Source: Epiperipatus broadwayi
Lineage: Eukaryota > Animalia > Onychophora
Reading direction: 5' to 3'
Length of the DNA: 64,000 nucleotides
Assembly (NCBI GenBank): GCA_028023455.1
Contig: JAQFVV010000011.1
Coordinates: 620,001-684,000, forward strand
Below the pieces are notes generated by a model that was given only the letters and a program-made list of their open reading frames with translations, was not told where the DNA came from and searched no databases. Positions within the stretch are counted from its first letter, which is position 1. The number at the start of each line of letters is the position of its first letter. The translations under genes and the position numbers were made by a program. This document shows positions 37,676-50,308 of this stretch, piece by piece.

Positions 37676-39819
37676 ATATAGATAAATAGTCTAACCACAT
37701 GAACTATCGATAGTAAATATATTACATAATGATAAATTAATGTATAAAAGTAATCATTAAAACATGATTCAAAAAGAAGAAATTTGATAAATAAATATAA
37801 AAAAAATTGTTTTAAAAATATATCAAATTCTGCCTGCCTTTTACCACTGCTAAACTTTTATAACCATACGCTCACGTTTATTGCTCAAATTCTTTTAATT
37901 CATGCGGAATGCTTTATTAAAGATGTTTCATTGCTACATATTTTTCAGCAAATTAGTTTTTCACTTGCAAATAGTGGGGAAAAAATATAATTCGGCTGAA
38001 TTTCATCGCACATTTATTTTAAAATACGAATGAATATCCAAAAATATCAATTTTTGTTTAAGATTACTTTTATATCGGGTAAATATTTCGACACATTGAT
38101 TTGTAAATTTTTACGGAATGTTTTTTTTTTTAAAAAAAAATTGTGTCTTCTTTTATTTAAATAAAATTTTGACATAACATTACTTGCAAGAAAATTGTTT
38201 ATACTATTTAAAAAAATTTGTAGATACAAACTAGATATTTTAAATATTTTTCAAGTGTTGATATTTGGGTCATAGTATTAAAACTGTTGGAGTTTAATAA
38301 CATATTTAAAAATAAGAATCTAATATAATAAATGAATAATTTATTTAATAGAACAATTCACGTGTGAATAATAAAAGCACCGTAGTGCAATAGTATGTAT
38401 GGAATTTAATAACTATATAAAAATATTTTATCCCAATCAAAAAGAAATCTCTTCTAAAAGTATGTTTTTACATAATTTTTTAAAAATAATATCACTTTTT
38501 GATAAAATAATTGATTACATTTCTATAAAACTTATATGACATATTTAAATATTTTTCTATTGATAGTTTTTGCATATATATTTTGTAAAAATTTTATATT
38601 AAAATATTTTAAATTATAGCGTTGAGTATAATTATTATTGTTTCTGTGTGTGTGTTTTTTTAAATAAAAGCAGTACGCGTGCACAAATTTAATCTAAAAT
38701 ATAAATTAGAGCAGAAATTGTAAATTATAATAATAGATGTATCTAATAATTTATTAAACTCCATTCAAATAATTAAAAATAGGAAAACTTGCAATTATTT
38801 ATAATACTTAGTATTTTTATAAACTTATTAGATAAGAAAAACAAAATTAGAATGTACCGGCTGAAAATCATTTCCAAGTGATTTAAATGACTCCAGAGGA
38901 CAAGATTCTATAAAAGGATCATTTAAAAAACATGTGAGGAAGAAGCCAATGAACTCCTTATTTAGATTATCTTTGGAAAAAAGTCGATCTTAAGTCCATT
39001 TTATATTGACTGAAATATGCAAATGTAGATCTAAGACCCTTTACAGATCTACTAGATCACATATTATTTTAATATGTCTTTGGGTTAAATTAATGAAGGC
39101 AATTATAGGTATAATTAATTATTAATATATCTACACCTGTTTCTATATATTGCTGTTTCACTTAAGTTAAAAACGATATTCATTTCATTGTGTATTGTAA
39201 GTAATTAATTTACTGGTTTGAATAAAAATGTATTTAATTTACATTATTCTGGAGTTTTCTTAATTTTAATATATCTGATGTTCTATTCTCATTGCATGTA
39301 GCTACAACTTTCTGATTGTTGAAAAACTCCAGAATTTAAGAGTTTAATAATTAAAAATCAATAAAATATAATTGAATGTGGTATCAACATGATAGGGTAT
39401 CAGTAAATTCAATGTCAACAATCATATAGAAACTTACATAAAACATCTGGACAAGTATTTTATTATTAATTCTACTAAATAAACAATTGCCATCTTACTT
39501 TTTGGTGATGACCAAAAGTAATAAAAAAAGAACATTTTGTGAAGCCAATGAGTCTGAAAGCATATGATACATGAAATTAATCAAGAAATTATGTGCTTGG
39601 CCCAGAACCCTCCAAATATATATATATAGCTCATCTATATCTTTATAATATATAACAAGATAGGGGAGAAAAATGGCAAATAAATGTAAATATATGATAA
39701 ATATTTTAAAGAAGCTTTGTTAGAACAATTTTTAAGGGTTTGGCTGACCTAAATTTGCAACAGAAACTTTTGTCAATTTGTAATCTTTCTCATACTGAGG
39801 CTATGAACTAGTTACAAAG

Positions 39820-42400
39820 CATGCCAGAGAATTCTGTGAATTTAATGCATGAAATATTAAACAAGCAACAATATTTTATGCATCCAAGTGTGAAATTTTT
39901 CAAAATGAAAACAATGAATGTTATTACTGTGAAAAACAGAGCACAGGTTAAAACTGTAATGGGAAAAATTATGGCAAAATATCACATAGAGAGAATTTGC
40001 TATACTAAAAATATAAAAGGCAATTATAGAAAAATCCATGAGAGTTATAAACCTATCATAAACAAACCAATAAGGCAATGGAGATATTTTCCAGTAGAAA
40101 ATGATAATTATAAAAATCTGTAATAAATCCATTAAAATAAAGATAGACAACATGACCATATCCAAAAAGATAATTACCTAAAATTACAGAGAATTGATAT
40201 AAAGGTGAGAAATGTAAATGGTGAATCTATCAATGTAATAAATGTGATTAAAGTACTACCTAAGTTTAATAAGCACCATAAAGAATCTTCCAATAATAAA
40301 GAGTAAACAATATCCATTACTAGATCACAAATAGTTTAAAGGTTTGAACATAAAAATATGCTTAGTAAATAAAAATTATAATAGAAAAGAAAGTATAGAC
40401 TAAATATTTGTCTGAAGGTTTGTAATGATGGTATATTATAAGATGTGATAAATGATGGCAATAGTCCAATATATCACATCTTATAGACTAAATATTGAAA
40501 ACTATTGAATCAGAGAAAAAAACCATTGATAGACAGCATTGCCATTAAGTTGCATGAAAAACAAAACCTGTATTGTAAAAGGTACAATATATCTATTGCT
40601 TTGAGAGCACAAGTTGAAGAAACTTTGGATGGCTTATTGAAAAAGGGAATATTGACATTTAAAGAACATGCAGATTGGATCACTCTTTTAATAATCAACA
40701 ATAATCTCAATAAGTAAACTTGAATATGAGGTGATTACTGAGTATTTTTAATAAATGCTTAGTACAAATTTTTACCCAGCTTACAATGTAAAAGAGGTGC
40801 TAACCAGTTTGAAAAATGCAAAATTCTTTGTAAGGTAAAATGTCAGTGCAGCTTTCCACTAAATACTGGTGTCTGAGAAATGGAAAAGCTTATGACTATT
40901 GTAACCCCCAAAAGATTGTTTAAATAGATATATTCTTTTTTTATATCCAAAACTGAGATTCTGTTAAAGGATCTAAACAGGCAACATCATTTTTAAATGA
41001 TATATTAATATCTCTCTGCTTAGAAAGATGCTATGGAAAGAAATACTAATTGACTCTTTAACTTTGGAGTTAAACTTAATTGTAGAAAATGTATAATGTG
41101 AATCAAGGAATATTTTGTAAGAAAGCATAAATCCTGGATTCAGAAAACTCAAAATAATTTAAAAATTACAGAAGCTGAAAAATATCCAACAAATTCATGT
41201 ATACCTGGAGTATGACTTTTTTAATGCGTACATCTTTATATGAATTATCCTGTAAAGGAAAATTCTGAACATGAAACAAATTATAAGAAGAGGCTTTCCA
41301 AAAGATGAAAGATCTGTTAGTAATGTTAACAATGCTTTGTCTATAATTTCAATATTGGATGCATCAGAATATAAAATTGGAGCTATATTCACCTATCCCT
41401 CTCATGATGGTAAGCATTTTATAGCATTTATGTCAAAGGATAAGAAAAATTAGTCTTTTGGCTAAATCAGCACTAGGTATTATTTGTACCGTGAAAAAAT
41501 TCCACCAATATTCATATGGTCATTCATTAAAAATAATAACACATCTTCCACCATTCTTGGAAATGTTTCCAATAAAAAGATGGCATCAGAACATTCAAGC
41601 TCAAGAATTGCATTCTGGGACAATAGATTATAAGCATATGGTATGTGTTTGAATTCAGATGTAAATGAGATCAAACATCCAGATGGTTTTTTTATATGTA
41701 TCAAAACACAAAAATTCAGTAAATTACATAGGCAATTGGAAAGCAAAGTTGATAAATAGTCAAAATATAGAAGCATGGATGAATGCCAATGCTAGTTAAA
41801 AGATGCTGATGAGATGAATAAACAATAGTTTGCTCACAAAACAACTAGAAAATCTTCATGAATCTTTGTAGAATTTATTAAGTTATCAACAAACAGTAGT
41901 TGCTTCATGACTACCAATTAAGTACTAAGACTATCTCAAGTCTTTTTCAAGATATTATAGTTGCAGAATAATGATCATTTTGTTATAGTAAGAGTGAACA
42001 TTTTTACTTGCAGTAACCTGAAATTGCTTTGGATACTGAAGCCTACAGAAAAAGTTCAAAAGCATTAGTTAGTGATAAATGCATTGCTAGGAATATCCAA
42101 AAAGCCAAAAAATCTTGGAGCCACTTGCATATTCAATATGTAAGTCCATTGTAAAACATAAATCTAATATTAGTTGATTCTATATCTAAATGGTATGAAA
42201 TATAAAGTTGCTAAAGAATATGAGTTCAGCAAAATAATCTGATTTTAAATATTCACTTGTCATGGATCATACATAATCTTAATGTCCAATAATGGTATAA
42301 ATTCACTTCAACTGAATTTGAAAACTTTTTAGCTGAATGGGAGATTAAGCATGTTTGAACTCAGTCATAATACTAAAATCAAATGAAATGTCTGACAAAA
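39820..42400 (+). mobile_element. Second, highly decayed Ty3/Gypsy relic
   Basis: RT N-terminus (KRYNISIALRAQVEETLDGLLKKGIL..ADWITLL), RNase H (ILDASEYKIGAIF..DGKHFIAFMSK; ALGIICTVKKFHQYSYG) and integrase (NNG..FTSTEFENFLAEWEIKH, ~42285-42355), in RT-RH-INT order. Confidence 0.85.
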
Positions 42401-43759
42401 AACTAAAATGGATGCTAACTAAAGATAATACAAATAATGCATGAGCTATATATAAATCTATGTAGTATCAACATATGACTGTACATACAGCTATCTTCAA
42501 ATCCAATATCTTTACATGCCAGAAGAAAATAGTCAAGTATCCATGGAAGAAAAATGTACATAATAGGAGAAGAATTCTGGAAATGTGATAGTCTATAGAA
42601 GTGATAGCAGAAAAAACTATAATCGAAACAGTTTCTAAGTCAGATAACAGAAGTTTAAATTTACTTGCAATTAATGTTTATTGTCAGACAATATTACATC
42701 TAATATTACTGAGAATTAAATAAATATATATCATAAATCCCTGAAATAGAGAAAATTACATTACTTGTGGAGGATGTTAGACAGTTAACAGCAAGATAAT
42801 GCACCAATTTTACACCAAGAAAAAGAAATCAGAATATAGCGTGACCTCTAGTGTATTTGAAAAATTATGAAGGAAGATTTGAAAAAAAAATAGCAGTTCT
42901 CTGGAGTAAAATGGGTAGTGTCTGTGGTTGTTTAAATAAAATCAAATAATTAAAATGCACATAATCTCAAAATATGAATTAGCTTGGATATTATATGTCA
43001 AATTATTAGATGAGTTTTATATTTAAACTATACTCAAGTAGGTAAAGATAATTGTAAATAAAGAAGCCTACAGTTATCTATGAAATTATAATATGACAAT
43101 ATTTTCATAAATTTGTTACTTATCAGGTAAAACAAATTAATTAGAATACAATTTACTTATTAAAACAGCATTTTCCAGCAATTCAAATTACTCCTTCAAA
43201 TGAGGCCCCATAAAAAGGAGATGAAGCAAAGAAGAAAAAGTGAATGTTATTAAATTATAATTTGATATATTAATCTGTTTTTTATTAGCATCAATTATGA
43301 AATATTTAGAATGTGAAATATTAAAGATGGCAGGAAATAAATCCTCTGGCAATAAGAAAATTAGAATTACCTTTTAGCTCACTCAAGACTACTACTCTCT
43401 TGTAGTGAGTTTCTGTTCTTTTGTATATGTTTCCATCAGATATTGTAAAAGATGTTGCCTCACAGAATGTGCAATTCAAAATATAGTTTCTTATCTAAGA
43501 TTCATATCAAATCAAATCCCCTTCTAATTGTTCAGCCATAAATTATATTAAATAATATGGAATAAAAATGGAATTTTTATGGGATGCCCTAAGAAATTTC
43601 TTTTTCTAGATCTAATAGCAAAGCCAAAGATTTAATTTTTGTAGACGCTATTTAAATCTTATTAACAGATTTAGGATAACATTTAATAAATGTACTCACT
43701 TGGTTATAAATGGAATTTAACAGCTAAATAACTATGTAGGTATGGTCAAACATATGTTA

Positions 43760-44011
43760 AATCACTAAACATCACATGATCACCATCTCATACTAGCACA
43801 TAATTGTTATTAAACAAGGCAAAACTCTCTATACAGTAGTGCCACCCTGTGCCAAACAGAGTAATCAATAGATGCCAGAAGGCCACAAACTAGTCTGGGG
43901 ATATGGGATGAGTAGGCACTAGATAGGGATTTTATGCACAAGCCTTCTGGCATCCATTGGTTACTCTGTTTGGCACACGGTGGCACTACTGTATAGAGAG
44001 TTTTGCCTTGT
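43760..44011. mobile_element. 252-bp insertion containing a 71-bp-arm hairpin, flanked by a 14-bp TSD
   Basis: TSD TCAAACATATGTTA at 43746-43759 and 44012-44025. Arms at 43813-43883 and 43942-44012 with 3 mismatches. Confidence 0.85.
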
Positions 44012-45891
44012 TCAAACATATGTTATGAAGTACATAGTTATTACTAAATGTATGGATACAGTGACCGAATTGGGGGGTTTAATAAGGCCTAAGTGAATCC
44101 ATTTTCAGCTGAATCTCTATGTGTTCCTTTATGATGTTTCTATAATAGTTGAGCTGTCTAAAATTAATTCCCATATTCAATAACAAGAATGATGACAAAT
44201 TATTTAAATGAATACAAGAAGTTACTGTTTTTTAAAATGATCTTTTACTAATTTCAGGTTGCTGTATTCTGACAACGACTCCTCAAACAGCTGCAGAAGC
44301 TAGTATCAGCAAAAAAGACGAGAAATAAATCAAAAATATTCAAATTATAAAACATTAACTGAAGCAATTATTTTAGCATCTCATTTATATTTTCTAATCC
44401 ATGTAAGAAAAATTGGTTGAGGAAGGGTGGATGGGGATACAAATATTGACTCATTCCTAGCGCGAAAAAGGACTACATAATATTTTAAAAAATGTACAAA
44501 AAAAAAAAAAAACAACAACTAAGTTATTGCTATTAGAATAATCTGTAAAAGAGATTTTATTTATCTGACCTTAGCAAAAGAAATGGCATTTTATATATAC
44601 TTTAAATTCATTTGATTAACTTTTCTTTTTATCTTTGGGAAGGATGGCATTATTATCTTCTACTATGGTTTATTTAATCATTTTTTAAATCGGTATGAGA
44701 GTGCTTTAACTGTAATAATCATTAATAAAACCTCCGAATATCAAAAAAAATTCCATTTGCTGTCTTAGAATAAGTAAGCCATCAAATAACTGTCAGACGA
44801 ATCTGTCATGCTGCTTTTGAATTATATTTTATTCGTTTTTAAAAAAAATGAAATGACTATATTAAATATAACGATCAAATATTTTCTATTAGTGCAATTA
44901 AATTAACAATTATTACGTTAAATTAATATATGTACAATTAAGTAATTTGCTTTGTTACAAAGAATGTTGGCTTCATCAGAATAAACTGTGTGTGTGTGCA
45001 CAAAGTGTAATATTTTTTATATTCTCATATTTTTTTTATGGTTTTATAAATTAAATACATTAAATTTCAGTTTTGATTACTTAAAAACATTTGTTTTTTT
45101 CCTCCAATATGTGCCAGTTAATATCTTAGACATTATATAAGATTTTTTTTGAGATTGCTGACAATAGTTTGCATCTTGATATGAATTTTTTTTAAAAAAT
45201 AATGTGCAGACCCTGGTTTGTGATCATTTATTTAATTTCTGTTTATTTATTCCCATTTATGGATTTTATTTAAATACTCTTCTATTAATTTACCCTGACT
45301 GTATATATTTCTGTCTTTATATTCGTATATTAACATTTAGATATTTTTAACAATGAAAAAAATATGTTCCCATTTAGAACATGAACTCATATCCCTATGC
45401 TTTCCAAGAAAACTCCTTAACAATTGAGCTAATGGAAATATTACATTTGTATAATAATTTTTTAAAATATTGATTTAATTCATATATAATTAAATTTAAA
45501 TATATATATATCTGATGAAAACATTACACCTGTAGAATAAATTTTGTTATGAATTAAATCATGTCCATGTGGCCGCAAGAGGTGGTGTTTCTGTGTCAAC
45601 CACAGAACTATTCAGAGTAGGGGGCCAAAAGCACCAATGCAAGTTCCAGCCGTTAGGCGGCGCTGTTCCTAAATTATTAAAAAGCCAATACAGATGATCA
45701 CATGATATTTAAATTTAGAATTCATTTGTTATAGGTCATACTTTTTATTTTCAATTTTAATAAATTATACATCTTGTCAGATTTTTTTGTAGTTTTAACT
45801 ATTTTTTAAAATAATATGTAAGTATAATTAAAAAGTAAAAAAAAAAGATCTGTAAATACATTTTTTTAAAATAATGCTTTTATATAAACAA

Positions 45892-46195
45892 CTGACTAAA
45901 AAGTAGAATAATAACACAGTAATCTGCATCTTGATTAATTTGCCATTCTTGGAAAATATCAGAGATCTAAAACAATTGGAAATTGCAGGAATATTGTCAT
46001 TATATAAAATAATGTGAAGCTCAAATAAATCCTAAAAATCAAAAAGGACTCAAATGCTTTTATGAAACAACAATATTTCTGCAATTTCCAATTGTTTTAT
46101 AACCAGTGTGGATTCTTAAGATCTGTGATATTTTCCAAAAATGACAAATTAACTGGTTTGTGAATTATTTTATTATTTTTTTGCTTTTCAGTCAG
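45892..46195. repeat. Imperfect long inverted repeat (old fold-back/MITE)
   Basis: ttaatttgccattcttggaaaatatcagagatct and aaaacaattggaaattgcaggaatattgt (45892-45997) are mirrored at 46070-46195. Confidence 0.75.
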
Positions 46196-46606
46196 CTATT
46201 TACATATGAGCTTTTTTTTGAAAAAAACAAACAAACAATATTTTTACATCTTGTTTACAACAGCTTAGTATTCATAAATATAAAGAAATTAGGACAGATT
46301 CTAAATCCAAAATACATTTTCTAATGCTTTAGCTTTAGCATTTCATGGTATGGTTCATGTTTGTATGTGTAAATAGTTAAAGTTTAAAAAATCTTAATTC
46401 TGAAAAAGATAAAACACAGTAACTATTAGACATGGAATATTCCCAAATCCATCTGACTATTGTTGTATTGGAAAAAAAACTACAATTTCATAAGAAGCTC
46501 ATTTCTTGGCCAAATTTTTTTTTATTATAAATGTGTATTGACTAAATAGGCAAAAAATTTTTTTGAATAGACTTATGTATTAGATAATAAAACTATGTCT
46601 TGAATT

Positions 46607-46703
46607 TTTTTTCATGTGTCATAGCATCGGCTGGGAAGTGAACCCACTAACCTGAGACAACTGCTTGTAAGGCAGCTGTCCTCTTGACCACCAATGCTTG
46701 ACT
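46607..46703 (-). mobile_element. tRNA-Gly(TCC)-derived short SINE, copy 2, with 14-bp TSD
   Basis: The reverse complement folds as a cloverleaf (GCATTGG/CCGATGC acceptor stem; GCTGC-CTTACAA-GCAGT). Tail TGACACATG-A(n). TSD CTATGTCTTGAATT at 46593-46606 and 46704-46717. Confidence 0.88.
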
Positions 46704-47149
46704 CTATGTCTTGAATTGATGATAAAATCTTATCTTTTTAATGGATATTTTACACATTTTCTGGGATGCATCTAGTATTACAATATCTGGTGAAGAAATA
46801 TGGGAAAAACAGAAAACCACTATGACTTTGGGTTGTTAGTAATATAGTCTCAAGATGATGTTTATCCAGAAATTTAATATTATCATAGTAGAATGCACTA
46901 TTATTAAAAAATTATGAACTCTGACCATGACTTTCACTGGATTCAGTTGTAGATGTAGCAGTAAGTCTAACAGAAGTGGGAGGTGGTATTGACTAGTCTG
47001 AAAACAAATGAAATAATTTGCATATTGTTTGCATTATAAATTAAATGGTTAGAATGGGGCATTTCTTGGAGAGGGGAACATAGGATTCTTTTTGATTGAT
47101 GATGTATTTATCTCCAGAAATATGCTAAGCTTCCTTGACTTTATACTTG

Positions 47150-48700
47150 GCATCATTGTGCTACACTAAATTCTATAGGCTCAAAACTATGCAGAATTTA
47201 GAGAAATCATCGAAAAAGATGGACTTTGTATCAGTATGAGTTATAACTCAGTTATAAAAGTATTTATGTTAACTTAATCAGGTGAATAACTTGGCTTCAG
47301 ACTCACCATAGTAAACAGAATGGCAAGAAGTATTAGCATATTTAATTTTGTAAGCAATCTGAGAATGAAGATCAGGAGGCAGTTTATTTTTTGAATTATT
47401 GATTAAATTATGCAGTGGGGGAGAACTGTGGTCTGCAATTTAATGGGTGGAAGAAACTTTTATTAATTAGATGGGAAATTTTGGGTAAGTAGGGAAGGGG
47501 TATTCAAAGCTTGTTATTGGTTTGTGGAGGGGCATGTCATAATTTATAATAAAAATTGTTAACAGTCTGAACAAGCAATGAATTGTTGAATCCAATACTG
47601 TGCAGCTCTGATATATATGTATCGATGTTATTTTTTTAATCAAATTTATAGAGGTGGAAGTTTCTGTGTAGGAATACTTTCAGCCCTGCTAATTTGTGTG
47701 CCATTGGTGAGTTTGGATGTACAAAACCATGTACCTGAAGAGGTTTAATAAGCATTTTATAGTTTAGTACACCTGTGCCACATTGAATGTACAAATAGAG
47801 AAATATTATGCCATTAAAACTGTCTTTATTTTTTAAAATTCATTTTAAAGAGGTGGCAAGTACTAAGTCCTGCTCAATATGATTGAAAAGGGTGTCAGAG
47901 ATACAATGAGAACATTGTCTAGGTATATTATATAGGATGCAATATAAAGTACTTAGGTAGGATCATTTCTTCAAATTTATTAAGAAATATACTGGAAATG
48001 ATACCACTTATGGAAAGACCCACAGGCTAACCTTCCTCCATTTTATAATGTACATTATTAAAGGAAGTAGTAATATCATTATATATCCAGCTAAGAGTGT
48101 CAATGATAAAGACACTTTTTGAGTGTTATAGCTCACATGTTGCAAGGTTTGTTTAATAATTTGGATAGTGACTGTATGAAGGATAGAACCATGCAACTCG
48201 ATGATGTCCAGTAAGAAGTTGGTTATGGTTGTAAAGACAAATATTTTTAATTCTGTTGACACATTAAAATGAACAACTTTGTCGGTGAAGTGTTTAAAAA
48301 TGTTATATTATTACTAAAAAAGTGTTTTAAGAGTACTTGCATGACAACCCCAAATATTGCCCAACAGCTTTCTAAGAAGTTTAATTTTAAAAATAATTGT
48401 CAATCTAATTTTGAACAGATGAGAAAAATAACTAGGACTTAGTCCAAACTCATTTTTAAATAATATGGGATTGGATCACATTTTAATCCATTGTTGCAGA
48501 AAGTTGTATTCAGGTGACAGATGTTTTTCTGTTACTTATGTGAAAAGTTAAATATTTGATTTTTGTGGGATTAGGGACAAAACCCGGTATATGAAAAAAA
48601 TTTCAAACTTTTTATAACAAGAGAAGATTCTATTTCTGAAAAGAATTTATTTTCCTGATTCCAATAAATATCGGCACAAATAAATTGTCTATATTTTATT
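47150..48700 (-). mobile_element. Second Penelope-like relic (RT + GIY-YIG), heavily decayed
   Basis: Minus strand: EG*PVGLSISGIISSIFLNKFEEMIL (~47960-48040), IYLDNVLI (~47905-47925) and AYKIKY..SCHSVYYGES (GIY-YIG-like, ~47295-47355). Confidence 0.65.
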
Positions 48701-49145
48701 TCTTAAAAATCACTGCTAAATACATTTTGTATTTGTTACAGACTTCCAATTAAGAACACTGATTATTTTTAATTGAAAATAATTTATCAATTGTTTTCAT
48801 GCTTTTAAGAAATTGAAAGATTTTCCAAACGGACTCATCATCATCATCATTTTCAAGCATTATCAATCCACTTCAAGATGAAATGTAATTTTTCTGATCT
48901 TTAATCTCTCTTCTCCATAACATTCCAGCACACTTCCTTATTTTATCCATCTATTCCACATGTAGTTTAGTTTTAGGTCATCTACAATCTCTTGGAATCC
49001 AATTTAAGCCTCATAAGTTGCTAATATAGAACTTAATCATAAAATTTTTATCATAGCCTACATCAACCTTTTCTGAAAATTGTTTCTCAGCTCTTGTTAG
49101 AGACGTTATTATGATCTTTTTTTTTTGAAAAAGTTTGTGAAAAAC

Positions 49146-49146
<1 letters not shown>

Positions 49147-49196
<50 letters not shown>
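49147..49196. repeat. (TAA)n microsatellite
   Basis: Directly visible; it explains the poly-Tyr ORF. Confidence 0.95.
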
Positions 49197-49497
49197 GTGA
49201 AAATTGTTTTTTTGATCATTGTTAAATTTATTAACATAGACAAAACTCTTTATATATTTAGTGGTTAAATTTGTTGTATGATAAAACTGCTTTAACTTTG
49301 ATTTCATGTGAATATTTTAGAGTTTTGGCATAAATAATTTTGCCAATTATGGTTTGATTTTAGATTCTACATTTATTTAAAAATATGGATTTTATCTATT
49401 CTTGGGATTTTTTTTTGGTTTACTAGATCATCAATGACTGAAACACACAGGCTTATAATATACCTATGTCTATATATGTAATATATAGGGTATATGA

Positions 49498-49929
49498 GCA
49501 CAGACTTTCACATACTCCACCACTCTCCACACTATCTCATAGCACTGATAAACTTGAATACATATATGTTGAAAATATAAATAATCACCAAAATACGAAT
49601 TTCATGCTAAACCAGCAATCATCAATTGGTCCAGATTACCATCTCTACACATATATTCCATAAGTGCTCAGATATATATTAAGATAGCCAATCCTCATAC
49701 TTTAATGGACAGGCTTCAATCTACTCCACACTCCAACTCTTCAACCATCCATCCAATTAAAAATCTGATGATGAAATGCTCAAAGACATAATCTGGACCA
49801 ACTGATGATTGCTGGTTTAGCATGAAATACACATATTAGTGATTATTTATATTTTCAACATATATGTGTTCAAGTGTATCAGTAATATGAAATAGTGTGG
49901 AGAGTGGTGGAGCATGTGAAAGTCTGTGC
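49498..49929. mobile_element. MITE/fold-back element, 432 bp, with ~141-bp TIRs
   Basis: gcacagactttcacatactccaccactctccacactat...ggtccagatta (49498-49638) is mirrored at 49789-49929. No clear TSD, so the superfamily is unassigned. Confidence 0.8.
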
Positions 49930-50280
49930 ATGTGACAAGTTCTAAATTATTTAATATTTATTGATTTTATTGGTTTTAAATTTTTTTTTAAAAAATGTGA
50001 AAATAAAGCTTTTCATTTTGCCCTAAGGATGGGTTTTCTTTCTTTGTCAAACCTGTGCTTAGACATTTGATATATTTAAAGTTGGAAATTTTATTGGAGT
50101 GACAATGGTAATTTTTTTAAAGATATTTATATATCTACCAAGCCAGCACAGAAAAAATCAAAAGTTTTTATTAAGTCATTGAAGTTTCTTCATCTTTCTT
50201 TATTAACACCATCAAAAAATGTATATGTTTTTTTTTATAGAAATTTCTCGATATTTTAATCAAAAATGATTTGCTTTTTT

Positions 50281-50308
50281 TTCATGTGTCAAGCATCAGC
50301 TGGGAAGC
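50281..50308 (-). mobile_element. 5'-truncated copy 3 of the tRNA-Gly SINE, with ~16-bp TSD
   Basis: ttcatgtgtcaagcatcagctgggaagc (the SINE 3' end only), flanked by AAATGATTTGCTTTTT on both sides (~50264-50279 and 50309-50324). Confidence 0.8.

Noticed and set aside
39857-40710. Minus-strand ORFs (102 aa, 66 aa)
   Set aside because: Antisense shadows of the plus-strand Gypsy relic, with low-complexity hydrophobic composition.
46607-46703. Functional tRNA-Val(TAC) gene
   Set aside because: Gly-type body, shortened D-arm, TTCACTT T-loop, extra insert, oligo-A tail and TSD all indicate a retroposed SINE copy.
49011-49307. 98-aa ORF with poly-Tyr
   Set aside because: Produced by the (TAA)n microsatellite.
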